A DNA stretch of 53,618 nt from Candidatus Woesearchaeota archaeon. GTDB taxonomy: Archaea > Nanobdellota > Nanobdellia > Woesearchaeales > BS150m-G63. A program made the translations under genes and the position numbers. The notes under the pieces are model-generated. The model was not told the DNA's origin. It ran no database searches and saw nothing but the letters and a program-made list of their open reading frames with translations. The first letter of the stretch is position 1. Every line of letters begins with the position of its first letter. The DNA lies in the NCBI GenBank assembly GCA_019322735.1, contig JAHWIG010000001.1, positions 1 through 53,618 of the forward strand. Reading direction: 5' to 3'. Positions 27,463 to 35,091 of the stretch are shown here, piece after piece.

Positions 27463-28575
27463 ATGTTCAAAATAATAGCAAAGGATGGAAATGCAAGGAT
27501 AGGAAGACTAAAGACAAGACACGGAACAATAGAAACACCTTTCTTCATGCCAGTTGCAACAAGAGCAGTAGGAAAATACATTGGCTCAGGAGATTACAAA
27601 AAGATAGGTGTAAATGCAATCATAAGTAACTCACTAATTCTCAGTTTCAACCCGAGTTTAGAAGTAATAAAAAAAGCTGGAGGAATTCATAAATTCATGA
27701 ATTTCAATAAAGTAATCTTTACAGATTGTGGGGGGTTTCAAGTTTCTAGAGACTCATTTTCAAGTAAACAAGTAGAAAAAGGAATTTATTTCAAAAATCC
27801 ATATGACAAATCAAATCACTTTATAACACCTAAAAGAAGTATGGAAATTCAACAAACAATTAGAAGTGATGTTGCAGTATCCTTTGATGATATGGCGCCT
27901 TATGGATCCAACAAAAAAAGATTTGAAAAAGCAGTTGAAAGAACCCATAACTGGGCAAAAGAGTCCTTAAAATATCATAAAGACAAAAAACAACTTCTAT
28001 TTGGAATCTCTCAGGGTGGATTCCATAAAGATCTAAGAAAAAAATCTGCAAGATATATTAATAGTCTAGATTTTGATGGTGTAGCAATAGGGGGCGTAGC
28101 CATAGGTGAACCAAAAAATGAAATGTATTTAGCAATAAAATCTGCACTTCCAGAAATATCAAAAAACAAACCAAGATATGTTATGGGTGTTGGTTCACCC
28201 CAAGATATTGTAGAAATGATTTCTTTAGGTATTGATTGTTTTGATTCCATCTTCCCTGCAAGAGGTGGAAGGCATGGAACTATGTTTACTTCAAAAGGCA
28301 AATTAAATATAAATAAAGGGATGTACAAATTAGATTTATCCCCAATAGATAAAAACTGTAATTGCTTCACTTGTAAAAATTATTCAAAAAGTTATATCAG
28401 ACACCTATCTATGATAAAAGAACCAGAAGGTATGAGATTAAAAACAATCCACAATCTCCAATTCATGATGAACCTAATAAAAAAAATAAAGATTGCAATA
28501 AAAAATAAAAAACTAAACAAATTCAAAAAAGAGTTTTACAAATATTATCCACTTAAGGTGAAAACCTTGTCATAG
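27463..28575 (+). CDS. tgt: tRNA-guanine transglycosylase, bacterial/queuine-type catalytic domain only
   Basis: Colinear with bacterial Tgt as I recall it: ETPFFMPVAT, TDCGGFQV, SMEIQ, FDGVAIGGVAIGEP, KPRYVMGVGSP, IDCFDS, and Zn site CNCFTCKNYSKSYIRHL. No PUA or C-terminal ArcTGT domains are present (370 aa). Confidence 0.85.
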   Translation: MFKIIAKDGNARIGRLKTRHGTIETPFFMPVATRAVGKYIGSGDYKKIGVNAIISNSLILSFNPSLEVIKKAGGIHKFMNFNKVIFTDCGGFQVSRDSFSSKQVEKGIYFKNPYDKSNHFITPKRSMEIQQTIRSDVAVSFDDMAPYGSNKKRFEKAVERTHNWAKESLKYHKDKKQLLFGISQGGFHKDLRKKSARYINSLDFDGVAIGGVAIGEPKNEMYLAIKSALPEISKNKPRYVMGVGSPQDIVEMISLGIDCFDSIFPARGGRHGTMFTSKGKLNINKGMYKLDLSPIDKNCNCFTCKNYSKSYIRHLSMIKEPEGMRLKTIHNLQFMMNLIKKIKIAIKNKKLNKFKKEFYKYYPLKVKTLS

Positions 28576-29851
28576 TTCTAGGGAAAGCGATTGCATCCTT
28601 GATATTATCCAGATTGCATATCCAAGAAATTACTCTTTCAATGCCAACACCATAACCAGCATGTGGAATTGAGCCATACTTCCTTAAATCAATATAAAAC
28701 TTATAATCTTTTGGATCTTCCCCATCTCTTTTCAATGATTCTTCAAGCTCTTTAATATCTACACTTCTCTGACTTCCACCAACAATCTCACAATAACCTC
28801 CAGGAGCTAACATATCAAAACATAATGCCTCATCTGGTTTCTTAGGATCATGCGGCTTGTAAAAAGCCATGATTTCCTTAGGGTAATGTGTAACAACAAC
28901 AGGGGTATCAAAATGCTTCATCAAGCAAGTTTCCTCAACAGTCCTAAGGTCTTTTCCAAACTTTACATCCATTTTTTCTTTTTCTTTTAATACCTTAAGT
29001 GCAGCCCTATAAGTTATTGTTGGCCATTTCTTTTCAACCATTTGTTTTAATTTACTTACATCACTTCCCAAAAACTTTAAATCGTCTTCATGTTTTTCTA
29101 AAACTTTCTGAATACAATATTTAAGTTCTTTTTTAGCGAATTCAGTTACATCATCAAGATCAAACCAAGCAGCCTCCATTTCAGCCATCCAGAACTCACT
29201 TAAATGCCTAGAAGTTTTAGATTTTTCAGCCCTGAAGGTAGGTCCATGATTATAGATTTTTTCCAAACTAAAAATAGCAGCCTCTGCATACAATTGCCAT
29301 GATTGTGAAAGATATGTCTTATCCCTGTAGTACTTGACCTCAAATACAGTAGAACCTCCCTCAGATTGATTTGGCTGCAGAACAGGAGCATCAAATTTAT
29401 AGAATCCTTCTTTTTGGAAAAATTCCTCTCTTGCAAAAAGATATGTACTTCTTATCTTCATAATAGCAGTCATCTTTCTACTTCTCAACCATAAATGCCT
29501 ATTATCATCCAAGAACTCCCTACTCTGATCTTTAGTGATAGGAAATGTATCACATTCTCCAACAACATCAAAAGTATCAACAGTTATCTCATAACCAGTT
29601 GGGGCTCTTTTATCTTCTTTGATTTTTCCAACCAGAGTCAAACTAGTTTCAACTCTTAATTTATCTGCTTGATTAAATAATGCATCACCAACTTTAGATT
29701 TCTCAATAATGCATTGAATTATTCCAGAAGAATCCCTCATAACAATAAATTTAAGCTTATTTGAGCCCCTTTCACGATAAACCCAACCCCTAACAGCTAC
29801 TTTCCCACTTCCTTGTTTCATAGCTTCCTGGATTGAGATAAATTTAGGCAT
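28553..29851 (-). CDS. asnS: Asparaginyl-tRNA synthetase
   Basis: Class IIb enzyme: OB N-domain, FRAEKSKTSRHLSEFWMAEMEAAW (AsnRS-like EFWM), GGSQR, and HAGYGVGIERV. Length 432 aa. Confidence 0.82.
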   Translation of the reverse strand: MPKFISIQEAMKQGSGKVAVRGWVYRERGSNKLKFIVMRDSSGIIQCIIEKSKVGDALFNQADKLRVETSLTLVGKIKEDKRAPTGYEITVDTFDVVGECDTFPITKDQSREFLDDNRHLWLRSRKMTAIMKIRSTYLFAREEFFQKEGFYKFDAPVLQPNQSEGGSTVFEVKYYRDKTYLSQSWQLYAEAAIFSLEKIYNHGPTFRAEKSKTSRHLSEFWMAEMEAAWFDLDDVTEFAKKELKYCIQKVLEKHEDDLKFLGSDVSKLKQMVEKKWPTITYRAALKVLKEKEKMDVKFGKDLRTVEETCLMKHFDTPVVVTHYPKEIMAFYKPHDPKKPDEALCFDMLAPGGYCEIVGGSQRSVDIKELEESLKRDGEDPKDYKFYIDLRKYGSIPHAGYGVGIERVISWICNLDNIKDAIAFPRTMTRFSP

Positions 29852-29887
29852 CTTACTTTATAAAAAAAGGTAATTTAAAAAACTTTC

Positions 29888-30973
29888 TTATCTTAAATGC
29901 AATTCAATAATATCTTTATCTTTTAATTCATGATCCAGCATATGTCGTTGTCCTGCAAACTTTGCTGACTTTCCCCAAACTCTTGTAAATCTAAACTTAT
30001 TTACAAAATCCCTATGTAGTTTCTCACATACATCTCTTATTCTGCAGCCTTTCTTCATGATTAAAGGCTCATCCATATCAGCCTCTTTTCCAGGTTCCTT
30101 GAGATATATCCTTATAAAATTCAATTTTTCAAAAATAAGTTTCTTCAACCCTTCCAAATTAATCCCTTTATCTGCAGAAATAACAATATCTGCATTAATT
30201 CTCTTAGAAATTTCTTTAGCTTTTTCCTTACTAACATTATCTCCCTTATTCAAAATAACAACTGCATTCAAATATTTTTTATTTCCTTCAATGGCATCTA
30301 TAAATTGATCCTCATTTACTTTTGTCCTTATCAATATCTCTGCATTATTTATTCCAAGTTCACGAAGTATCCCTTTCAAAGTTTCATCGCTAATATTCAA
30401 TGGGACTGTTTTTCCTATAAGAAGCCCACCTTTTACTTTTTTCCTTAATCTAATATCTGGCAAATATTCATTTATCCTTACACCTGTATCATATAACTCA
30501 TTTTTAACAATCTCGAATTGTTCTGGTTTATTTATGTCCAAAATTATCAAACACAAATCAGCATTCCTAACAACGGCCAAAACTTCTTTACCACGACCTT
30601 TACCAGAAGCAGCCCCTTTAACCAATCCAGGAAGGTCAAATATCTGTATCTTTGCCTCACCATATTCTAGCAAACCAGGAATCGCATCTAATGTTGTGAA
30701 ATCATATCCAGCCACTTCACTTTCTTGGTTAGTTATCGCATTAAGTAACGTTGATTTTCCGACAGAGGGAAATCCAACCATAACAACAGTAGCATCTCCG
30801 CTTTTCTTAATGGCATACCCTTTACTTCCACCTGCTTTTTTCTGCCCCCCTTCTTTCTTCTTTAATCTAGATATCTTTGCCTTCAATAAACCAATAGCGT
30901 GCTGGGTTTTCTTGTTATATTTGGTCTTCCTCAATTCTTCTTCAAGTTCCTGAACTCTATCACTATATTCCAT
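29888..30973 (-). CDS. DRG-family (Obg-like) GTPase with C-terminal TGS domain
   Basis: N-terminal helix ELRKTKYNKKTQHAIGLLKAKISRLKK, G1 motif GFPSVGKSTLLN, DLPGL, NKGD, and a TGS-like C-terminus. Confidence 0.88.
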   Translation of the reverse strand: MEYSDRVQELEEELRKTKYNKKTQHAIGLLKAKISRLKKKEGGQKKAGGSKGYAIKKSGDATVVMVGFPSVGKSTLLNAITNQESEVAGYDFTTLDAIPGLLEYGEAKIQIFDLPGLVKGAASGKGRGKEVLAVVRNADLCLIILDINKPEQFEIVKNELYDTGVRINEYLPDIRLRKKVKGGLLIGKTVPLNISDETLKGILRELGINNAEILIRTKVNEDQFIDAIEGNKKYLNAVVILNKGDNVSKEKAKEISKRINADIVISADKGINLEGLKKLIFEKLNFIRIYLKEPGKEADMDEPLIMKKGCRIRDVCEKLHRDFVNKFRFTRVWGKSAKFAGQRHMLDHELKDKDIIELHLR

Positions 30974-31023
30974 AATAACTCATAATAATTGTTCTATTTA
31001 AAATTCTTTTCCATTTAATAAGA

Positions 31024-31089
31024 TTTATAACCAGAAGATTTGCATCTTCAAGCCATAACTATTTTACAATGCAAAAGATTTATAAACCA
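31024..31089 (+). promoter_or_regulatory. Repeated divergent-promoter cassette, copy 1 (includes TATA TTTATAAA at 31079..31086 for 31110 gene)
   Basis: TTTATAACCAGAAGATTTGCATCTT, a 20-nt spacer, then AATGCAAAAGATTTATAAACCA. The same blocks occur in inverted orientation at 33161..33228. Confidence 0.6.
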
Positions 31090-31109
31090 CTTTTCTACTC
31101 AATAAAACG

Positions 31110-31679
31110 ATGGTAAACAACACTTCAGCAATAGGAAAAGGTATTAATACATTAGACTTATTGCTATCAGGAATATTCACAAAGATAGTTGTAGCTATTA
31201 TAATTCTTCTTATAGGGTTCATAATTGGTAAAATTCTGGGAAGATTATTGCAAAAAGTCCTTCATGAATTTGAGACAGATAAAGCATTAAAGAAATCTGC
31301 AGGAATCCATTTCTCAATAGAGCACCTTTTTGGAGCCTTACTGAGCTATTTTATTTATTTCATTGCAATAATCATGGCTTTAAACCAAGTAGGACTTACT
31401 TCAGCCATACTTAATATGTTATCTGGAGCAGTTATTTTATTGATTCTAATTTCAATGATATTGGCGATAAAAGATTTTGTCCCAAATATGGTGGCAGGAA
31501 TCTTTATTTTTCAAAAAGGAATAATCAAAGAAGGAGACATCATCTCATTTGATAAAATAAAAGCCAAAGTTGTAGAAACAACCTTAATAGAAACAAAATT
31601 AGAATCAAAAAGCAAAGATATAATTTATATTCCAAATTCAGCATTGATGAAAAAAGAGATTAAAAAATTAAAGAGATAA
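31110..31679 (+). CDS. Small MscS-like mechanosensitive channel-family protein
   Basis: Three or four TM helices followed by GDIISFDKIKAKVVETTLIETKLESKSKDIIYIPNSAL, which resembles the MscS beta-domain core. It is short, at 189 aa. Confidence 0.45.
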   Translation: MVNNTSAIGKGINTLDLLLSGIFTKIVVAIIILLIGFIIGKILGRLLQKVLHEFETDKALKKSAGIHFSIEHLFGALLSYFIYFIAIIMALNQVGLTSAILNMLSGAVILLILISMILAIKDFVPNMVAGIFIFQKGIIKEGDIISFDKIKAKVVETTLIETKLESKSKDIIYIPNSALMKKEIKKLKR

Positions 31680-31928
31680 TTATAATTTTTCAAGTAAGGA
31701 GACTATATTCCACAACTGTGTTCTTGTATATGATTCAAGATTATTATTCTGAGACACGTCTTCAATTTCATTTATGACCTTGCTGGCTTTAACAGACAGA
31801 TCAATATCCCCCTTCAAAGTTTCGATGCCATTAACAATCTTTTCCTTTGTAGTACTTGGAACCACAGTATCATGTTCTAATTCCCTCATCAAAACAATGA
31901 TTTCGCTTAATAATTCATTTTTTAACAT
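31680..31928 (-). CDS. UPF0147-family small helical protein
   Basis: I prefer the start at 31928 (MLKNELLSE...). The C-terminal ...TRTQLWNIVSLLEKL resembles UPF0147. The long ORF version (to 32003) overlaps prefoldin. Confidence 0.5.
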   Translation of the reverse strand: MLKNELLSEIIVLMRELEHDTVVPSTTKEKIVNGIETLKGDIDLSVKASKVINEIEDVSQNNNLESYTRTQLWNIVSLLEKL

Positions 31929-32277
31929 TTTTAGATCCCATCTCAGAAAGAATATCTGACTGTAATTTATTAGCCTTTTCTTTAACCGCTTTCTCTTGTT
32001 CACCTATTTTATTAAGCCTTAATTCAAACATTTTCTTTCTCTGATTTAATGACTCAATTAATTCTTCTTTCTTACTCAATACCATTATTCCGCCAACAAG
32101 TTTATATGCTTCTTTTGTAGTTTTCAATTCATTCAAAGCAGCATCTATTTCAGATAATTGGGCATTAAAGTTCTGTCTTTGCATTAACAGACCTTGAATA
32201 TTCTGTTCAAAAACCTGCATATCCTGCATCTTTTGCTGTGTTTCTTTTTCCATATTAAGCCTGTTCAACTTTTTCAT
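31915..32277 (-). CDS. pfdB: Prefoldin beta subunit
   Basis: 120-aa double coiled coil with central beta hairpins (EAYKLVGGIMV). It sits in the conserved archaeal neighbourhood with Pcc1, RpoP and L37Ae. The start may be the ATG at 32253. Confidence 0.8.
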   Translation of the reverse strand: MKKLNRLNMEKETQQKMQDMQVFEQNIQGLLMQRQNFNAQLSEIDAALNELKTTKEAYKLVGGIMVLSKKEELIESLNQRKKMFELRLNKIGEQEKAVKEKANKLQSDILSEMGSKNVKK

Positions 32278-32473
32278 GAACTTCCAACAATTTGATTACT
32301 GAACTAACAAAAGCCTTTAATGCAATAGCATCTAACGCCTTGATAGTTATAGATAATTTATCGTCTTTTTGTTCTACATGTAATGATGCTCTCTTGCTTG
32401 AGGAAACATCCGGCAATAATGCCTCATACAACTTTCCGTCAGATTTAACATCAAAACTGCATACATATTTCAT
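32255..32473 (-). CDS. KEOPS subunit Pcc1-like protein
   Basis: 72 aa, with ...LHVEQKDDKLSITIKALDAIALKAFVSSVIKLLEV matching the Pcc1 pattern. It also sits in the conserved position between rpoP and pfdB. Confidence 0.65.
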   Translation of the reverse strand: MKYVCSFDVKSDGKLYEALLPDVSSSKRASLHVEQKDDKLSITIKALDAIALKAFVSSVIKLLEVHEKVEQA

Positions 32474-32607
32474 CTTGCCTTTACTTTCGTAACAACAGAT
32501 CTTGGTTTAAATAATAATTTACTGCCACAGTAAGGACATCTGATTCTTCTTCTTAAAAGATTCTGTGGAATCTTTTTATTGCAAGTAAAACATTTATATT
32601 GGGTCAT
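32470..32607 (-). CDS. rpoP: DNA-directed RNA polymerase subunit P (Rpo12)
   Basis: Not in the ORF track; translated by hand as MTQYKCFTCNKKIPQNLLRRRIRCPYCGSKLLFKPRSVVTKVKAR (CxxC...CxxC Zn ribbon). It has ATGA overlaps with the eL43 stop and with the Pcc1 start. Confidence 0.8.
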   Translation of the reverse strand: MTQYKCFTCNKKIPQNLLRRRIRCPYCGSKLLFKPRSVVTKVKAR

Positions 32608-32939
32608 TTTTCTTTTCCCCCTTTTGTAGATAATTTAGTCCCTTCTTTTTTAGGGATAACTTCTTCTTTGTTTTGCGAAGCAGAACCTTGAATACTTTTT
32701 TTGTCTTCTTGTTCTTCCTCTACCTTTATTTCAACCTTACCAACAGAATAAGCTTTGCTGCTGAATTTGGCTTCACATTTCTTACACTGCCAAACCCCCA
32801 TTGAAACTCTCTTTACCTTAACATAAGTACAATAAGGACAAGGATAAGTCATTTTCTGCTGTGATTCTACTTCAGCAAACTTTTTCTTTAATCTAGCACC
32901 ATACCTTGCTCCAAATCTTTTAGTTGATAATTTTGCCAT
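32604..32939 (-). CDS. rpl37ae: Ribosomal protein eL43 (L37Ae) with Lys/Glu-rich C-terminal extension
   Basis: The true start is at 32939 (MAKLSTKRFGARYGARLKKK...CPYC...CKKCEAKF). The ORF-track extension to 33002 runs into the tRNA-Pro gene. Confidence 0.88.
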   Translation of the reverse strand: MAKLSTKRFGARYGARLKKKFAEVESQQKMTYPCPYCTYVKVKRVSMGVWQCKKCEAKFSSKAYSVGKVEIKVEEEQEDKKSIQGSASQNKEEVIPKKEGTKLSTKGGKEK

Positions 32940-32946
32940 CTTAAAA

Positions 32947-33135
32947 ATGGGGCTGCCCGGACTTTCATCAACAGTTACGATAAATGCGAACACAGTGAGC
33001 AAAAACCGAAGCGTAAGCTTCGTAAAGTGGGTTGAAAACCCGCTCTTGCGTGCCCAGCTTAACGTAACAAGCTGCTTTGAACCGGGGTCCTATGGCCCCA
33101 AACCACAGATGATAGGCCAAGCTACACCACAGCCC
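32947..33135 (-). tRNA. tRNA-Pro (UGG) interrupted by a 114-nt intron in the T-loop (exon 1 33135..33075, intron 33074..32961, exon 2 32960..32947)
   Basis: Hand fold on the minus strand: GGGGCTG-TG-GTGT-AGCTTGGCCTA-TCAT-C-TGTGG-TTTGGGG-CCATA-GGAC-CCCGG-TTCAAA[114 nt]T-CCGGG-CAGCCCC-A. All four stems pair. A BHB-like motif frames the intron. Confidence 0.8.
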
Positions 33136-33160
33136 CTTATATGTCCACAAAAAACTTAGG

Positions 33161-33228
33161 ATGGTTTATAAATCTTTTGCATTATCGAAAAGATTTATGA
33201 TATTAAGATGCAAATCTTCTTGTTATAA
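33161..33228 (-). promoter_or_regulatory. Repeated divergent-promoter cassette, copy 2 (TATA about 29 nt upstream of tRNA-Pro 5' end)
   Basis: The minus strand reads TTTATAACAAGAAGATTTGCATCTT, a 22-nt spacer, then AATGCAAAAGATTTATAAACCA. The 23-nt and 16-nt blocks are identical to copy 1. Confidence 0.6.
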
Positions 33229-33285
33229 AGGGTTATAAAACAAATATACAATAATTTTAAATACTCCTATTTAAACAAATTCATT

Positions 33286-34383
33286 ATGGAACTTACTGAA
33301 AAACAAAAATTTCAACTGAAAAAGTTAATCAAAGAACTTGGAAGATATAGGGGTAGACATACCGAGCTTGTTTCAGTTTATATTCCACAGGGCTATGACC
33401 TAAATAAGATAATCAACCATTTAAACCAAGAGAAAGGAACGGCAACAAACATAAAATCAGCATCAACAAGAAAAAATGTTATTGATGCATTAGAAAGAAT
33501 GATACAGCATCTAAAATTATTCAAAAAAAACCCACCAAATGGACTTGCAGTATTCTCTGGAAACATAGCAGAAAAAGAAGGTCAAAGTAATGTTGAAGTA
33601 TGGAGCATTGAACCTCCTGTACCCTTAAAAACAAGAATATACAGATGTGACAAACAGTTTGTTCTAGAATTGTTAGGGGAGATGTGTGAAACAAAAGAAG
33701 TATATGGTCTTATTGTGATGGACAGAAGAGAAGGAGATATTGCCTTACTTAAAGGAAAATCCATTATTCCATTAGTGCATATAAAATCAAATGTTCCTGG
33801 AAAAACAAGGGCAGGAGGACAATCTGCACAAAGATTTGAAAGATTAAGAGAAGGCGCAGCAAAAGATTTCTATAAAAAATTAGGAGATCTAGTAAAAGAC
33901 GAATTCTTAAATAAAAAAAACCTAAAGGGCATAATAGTTGGAGGCCCAGGACCAACAAAATATGATTTTATTGAAGGTAATTTCATAACAGACCAGGTAA
34001 AGAAGAAGATAATTGCAAAAAAGGATCTAAGCTATACAGGAGACTTCGGAATAAGAGAACTGGTAGAAAAAAGCAAAGATGTATTGGCTAATGAAGAGAT
34101 ATCAAAAGAAAAAAACATAATGGGTGCTTTTTTTGAAAAACTTGCAAAGGATCCTGGAATGGTTACATATGGCGAGAAAGAAGTTCAGAATGCATTAAAA
34201 AAAGGCGCAGTAAATACTCTATTAGTTTCAGAATCTCTTGATGACGAAAAGATAGATGAACTTGAAGAAACAGCAAAAAATCTAGGAAGTAAACTAGAGA
34301 TAATATCAACAGAAACAAGAGAAGGTATTCAACTAAAACATTTAGGTAAGATTGCAGCCATTTTAAGATATAAATTACGATGA
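33286..34383 (+). CDS. prf1: Peptide chain release factor aRF1
   Basis: NIKS motif (TATNIKSAST), GGQ motif (RAGGQSAQRF), 365 aa. Confidence 0.93.
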   Translation: MELTEKQKFQLKKLIKELGRYRGRHTELVSVYIPQGYDLNKIINHLNQEKGTATNIKSASTRKNVIDALERMIQHLKLFKKNPPNGLAVFSGNIAEKEGQSNVEVWSIEPPVPLKTRIYRCDKQFVLELLGEMCETKEVYGLIVMDRREGDIALLKGKSIIPLVHIKSNVPGKTRAGGQSAQRFERLREGAAKDFYKKLGDLVKDEFLNKKNLKGIIVGGPGPTKYDFIEGNFITDQVKKKIIAKKDLSYTGDFGIRELVEKSKDVLANEEISKEKNIMGAFFEKLAKDPGMVTYGEKEVQNALKKGAVNTLLVSESLDDEKIDELEETAKNLGSKLEIISTETREGIQLKHLGKIAAILRYKLR

Positions 34384-35057
34384 GTCTAATAAGAAAATCA
34401 TTCCAAAAGCTATATCCAGAAAAATCCCTCCCTTTTAAGACAAAATTAAGATACTCAAAGGCATTCAAAGGATATAATGCTAATATCAAACTATATAATA
34501 ACATTCTAGAAGCAAGATTAAGCAAGAAGTGGTATACAATAAGTAGAGAGATACAGCTGGGCCTTATTCAATCATTATTGATAAGGCTCTTCAAAGAAAA
34601 AAAGAACACAACAAATATTGATCTGTATAATAATTTCATAAAAAATGTCCATATTGCGATTCCAAAAACTAATTCACACCCATTATTAGAAGAATCCTTC
34701 AACAGAGTGAATGAAAAATATTTCTTAGATCTGATTGAACAGACAAATCTGGAATTTAATAACAGTGTAAACAAGCTTGGAAGCTATGAATATGGCTTAG
34801 ATACAATAACGATAAGTAAATACCTAAAAGAAATGCCCCAAGAAATGTTGGATTATGTTATGTATCATGAAATGCTTCATAAAAAACATAAATTCAAGAA
34901 TATTGGAATAAAAACTAATCACCACACAAAAGAATTTAAAGAAGAAGAAAAAAAATTTGAAAATAGTCATCAAATAGAAAAACAATTAAGATATTTAGTC
35001 ACAAAAACCAAGAAAAAAGGTATTTTTCATTTATTAAAAACCAAAATGTTTTTATAA
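34380..35057 (+). CDS. DUF45/YgjP-like (SprT-like) zinc metallopeptidase
   Basis: HExxH in DYVMYHEMLHKKH, preceded by LGSYEYGLDTITIS. It has an ATGA overlap with the prf1 stop. Confidence 0.55.
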   Translation: MSLIRKSFQKLYPEKSLPFKTKLRYSKAFKGYNANIKLYNNILEARLSKKWYTISREIQLGLIQSLLIRLFKEKKNTTNIDLYNNFIKNVHIAIPKTNSHPLLEESFNRVNEKYFLDLIEQTNLEFNNSVNKLGSYEYGLDTITISKYLKEMPQEMLDYVMYHEMLHKKHKFKNIGIKTNHHTKEFKEEEKKFENSHQIEKQLRYLVTKTKKKGIFHLLKTKMFL

Positions 35058-35091
35058 GGTTGATAATCTTCACATATCAGGGGAAAATAAT

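Noticed and set aside
32947-32975. The minus strand contains GAAAGUCCGGGC, which resembles the CR-I core of RNase P RNA. Together with the GC-rich, ORF-free context, this first suggested an RNase P or SRP RNA gene.
   Set aside because: The same nucleotides are fully explained as the intron 3' end, the T-stem 3' strand and the acceptor 3' strand of tRNA-Pro(UGG). No other RNase P conserved regions (CR-II to CR-V) are visible, and the island is too short (~190 nt).
32947-33159. ORF-track entries 32947..33159(+) and 32968..33150(-), plus the N-terminal 21 codons of 32604..33002(-).
   Set aside because: They lie inside the tRNA-Pro gene and its intron. The eL43 homology starts only at the ATG at 32939.
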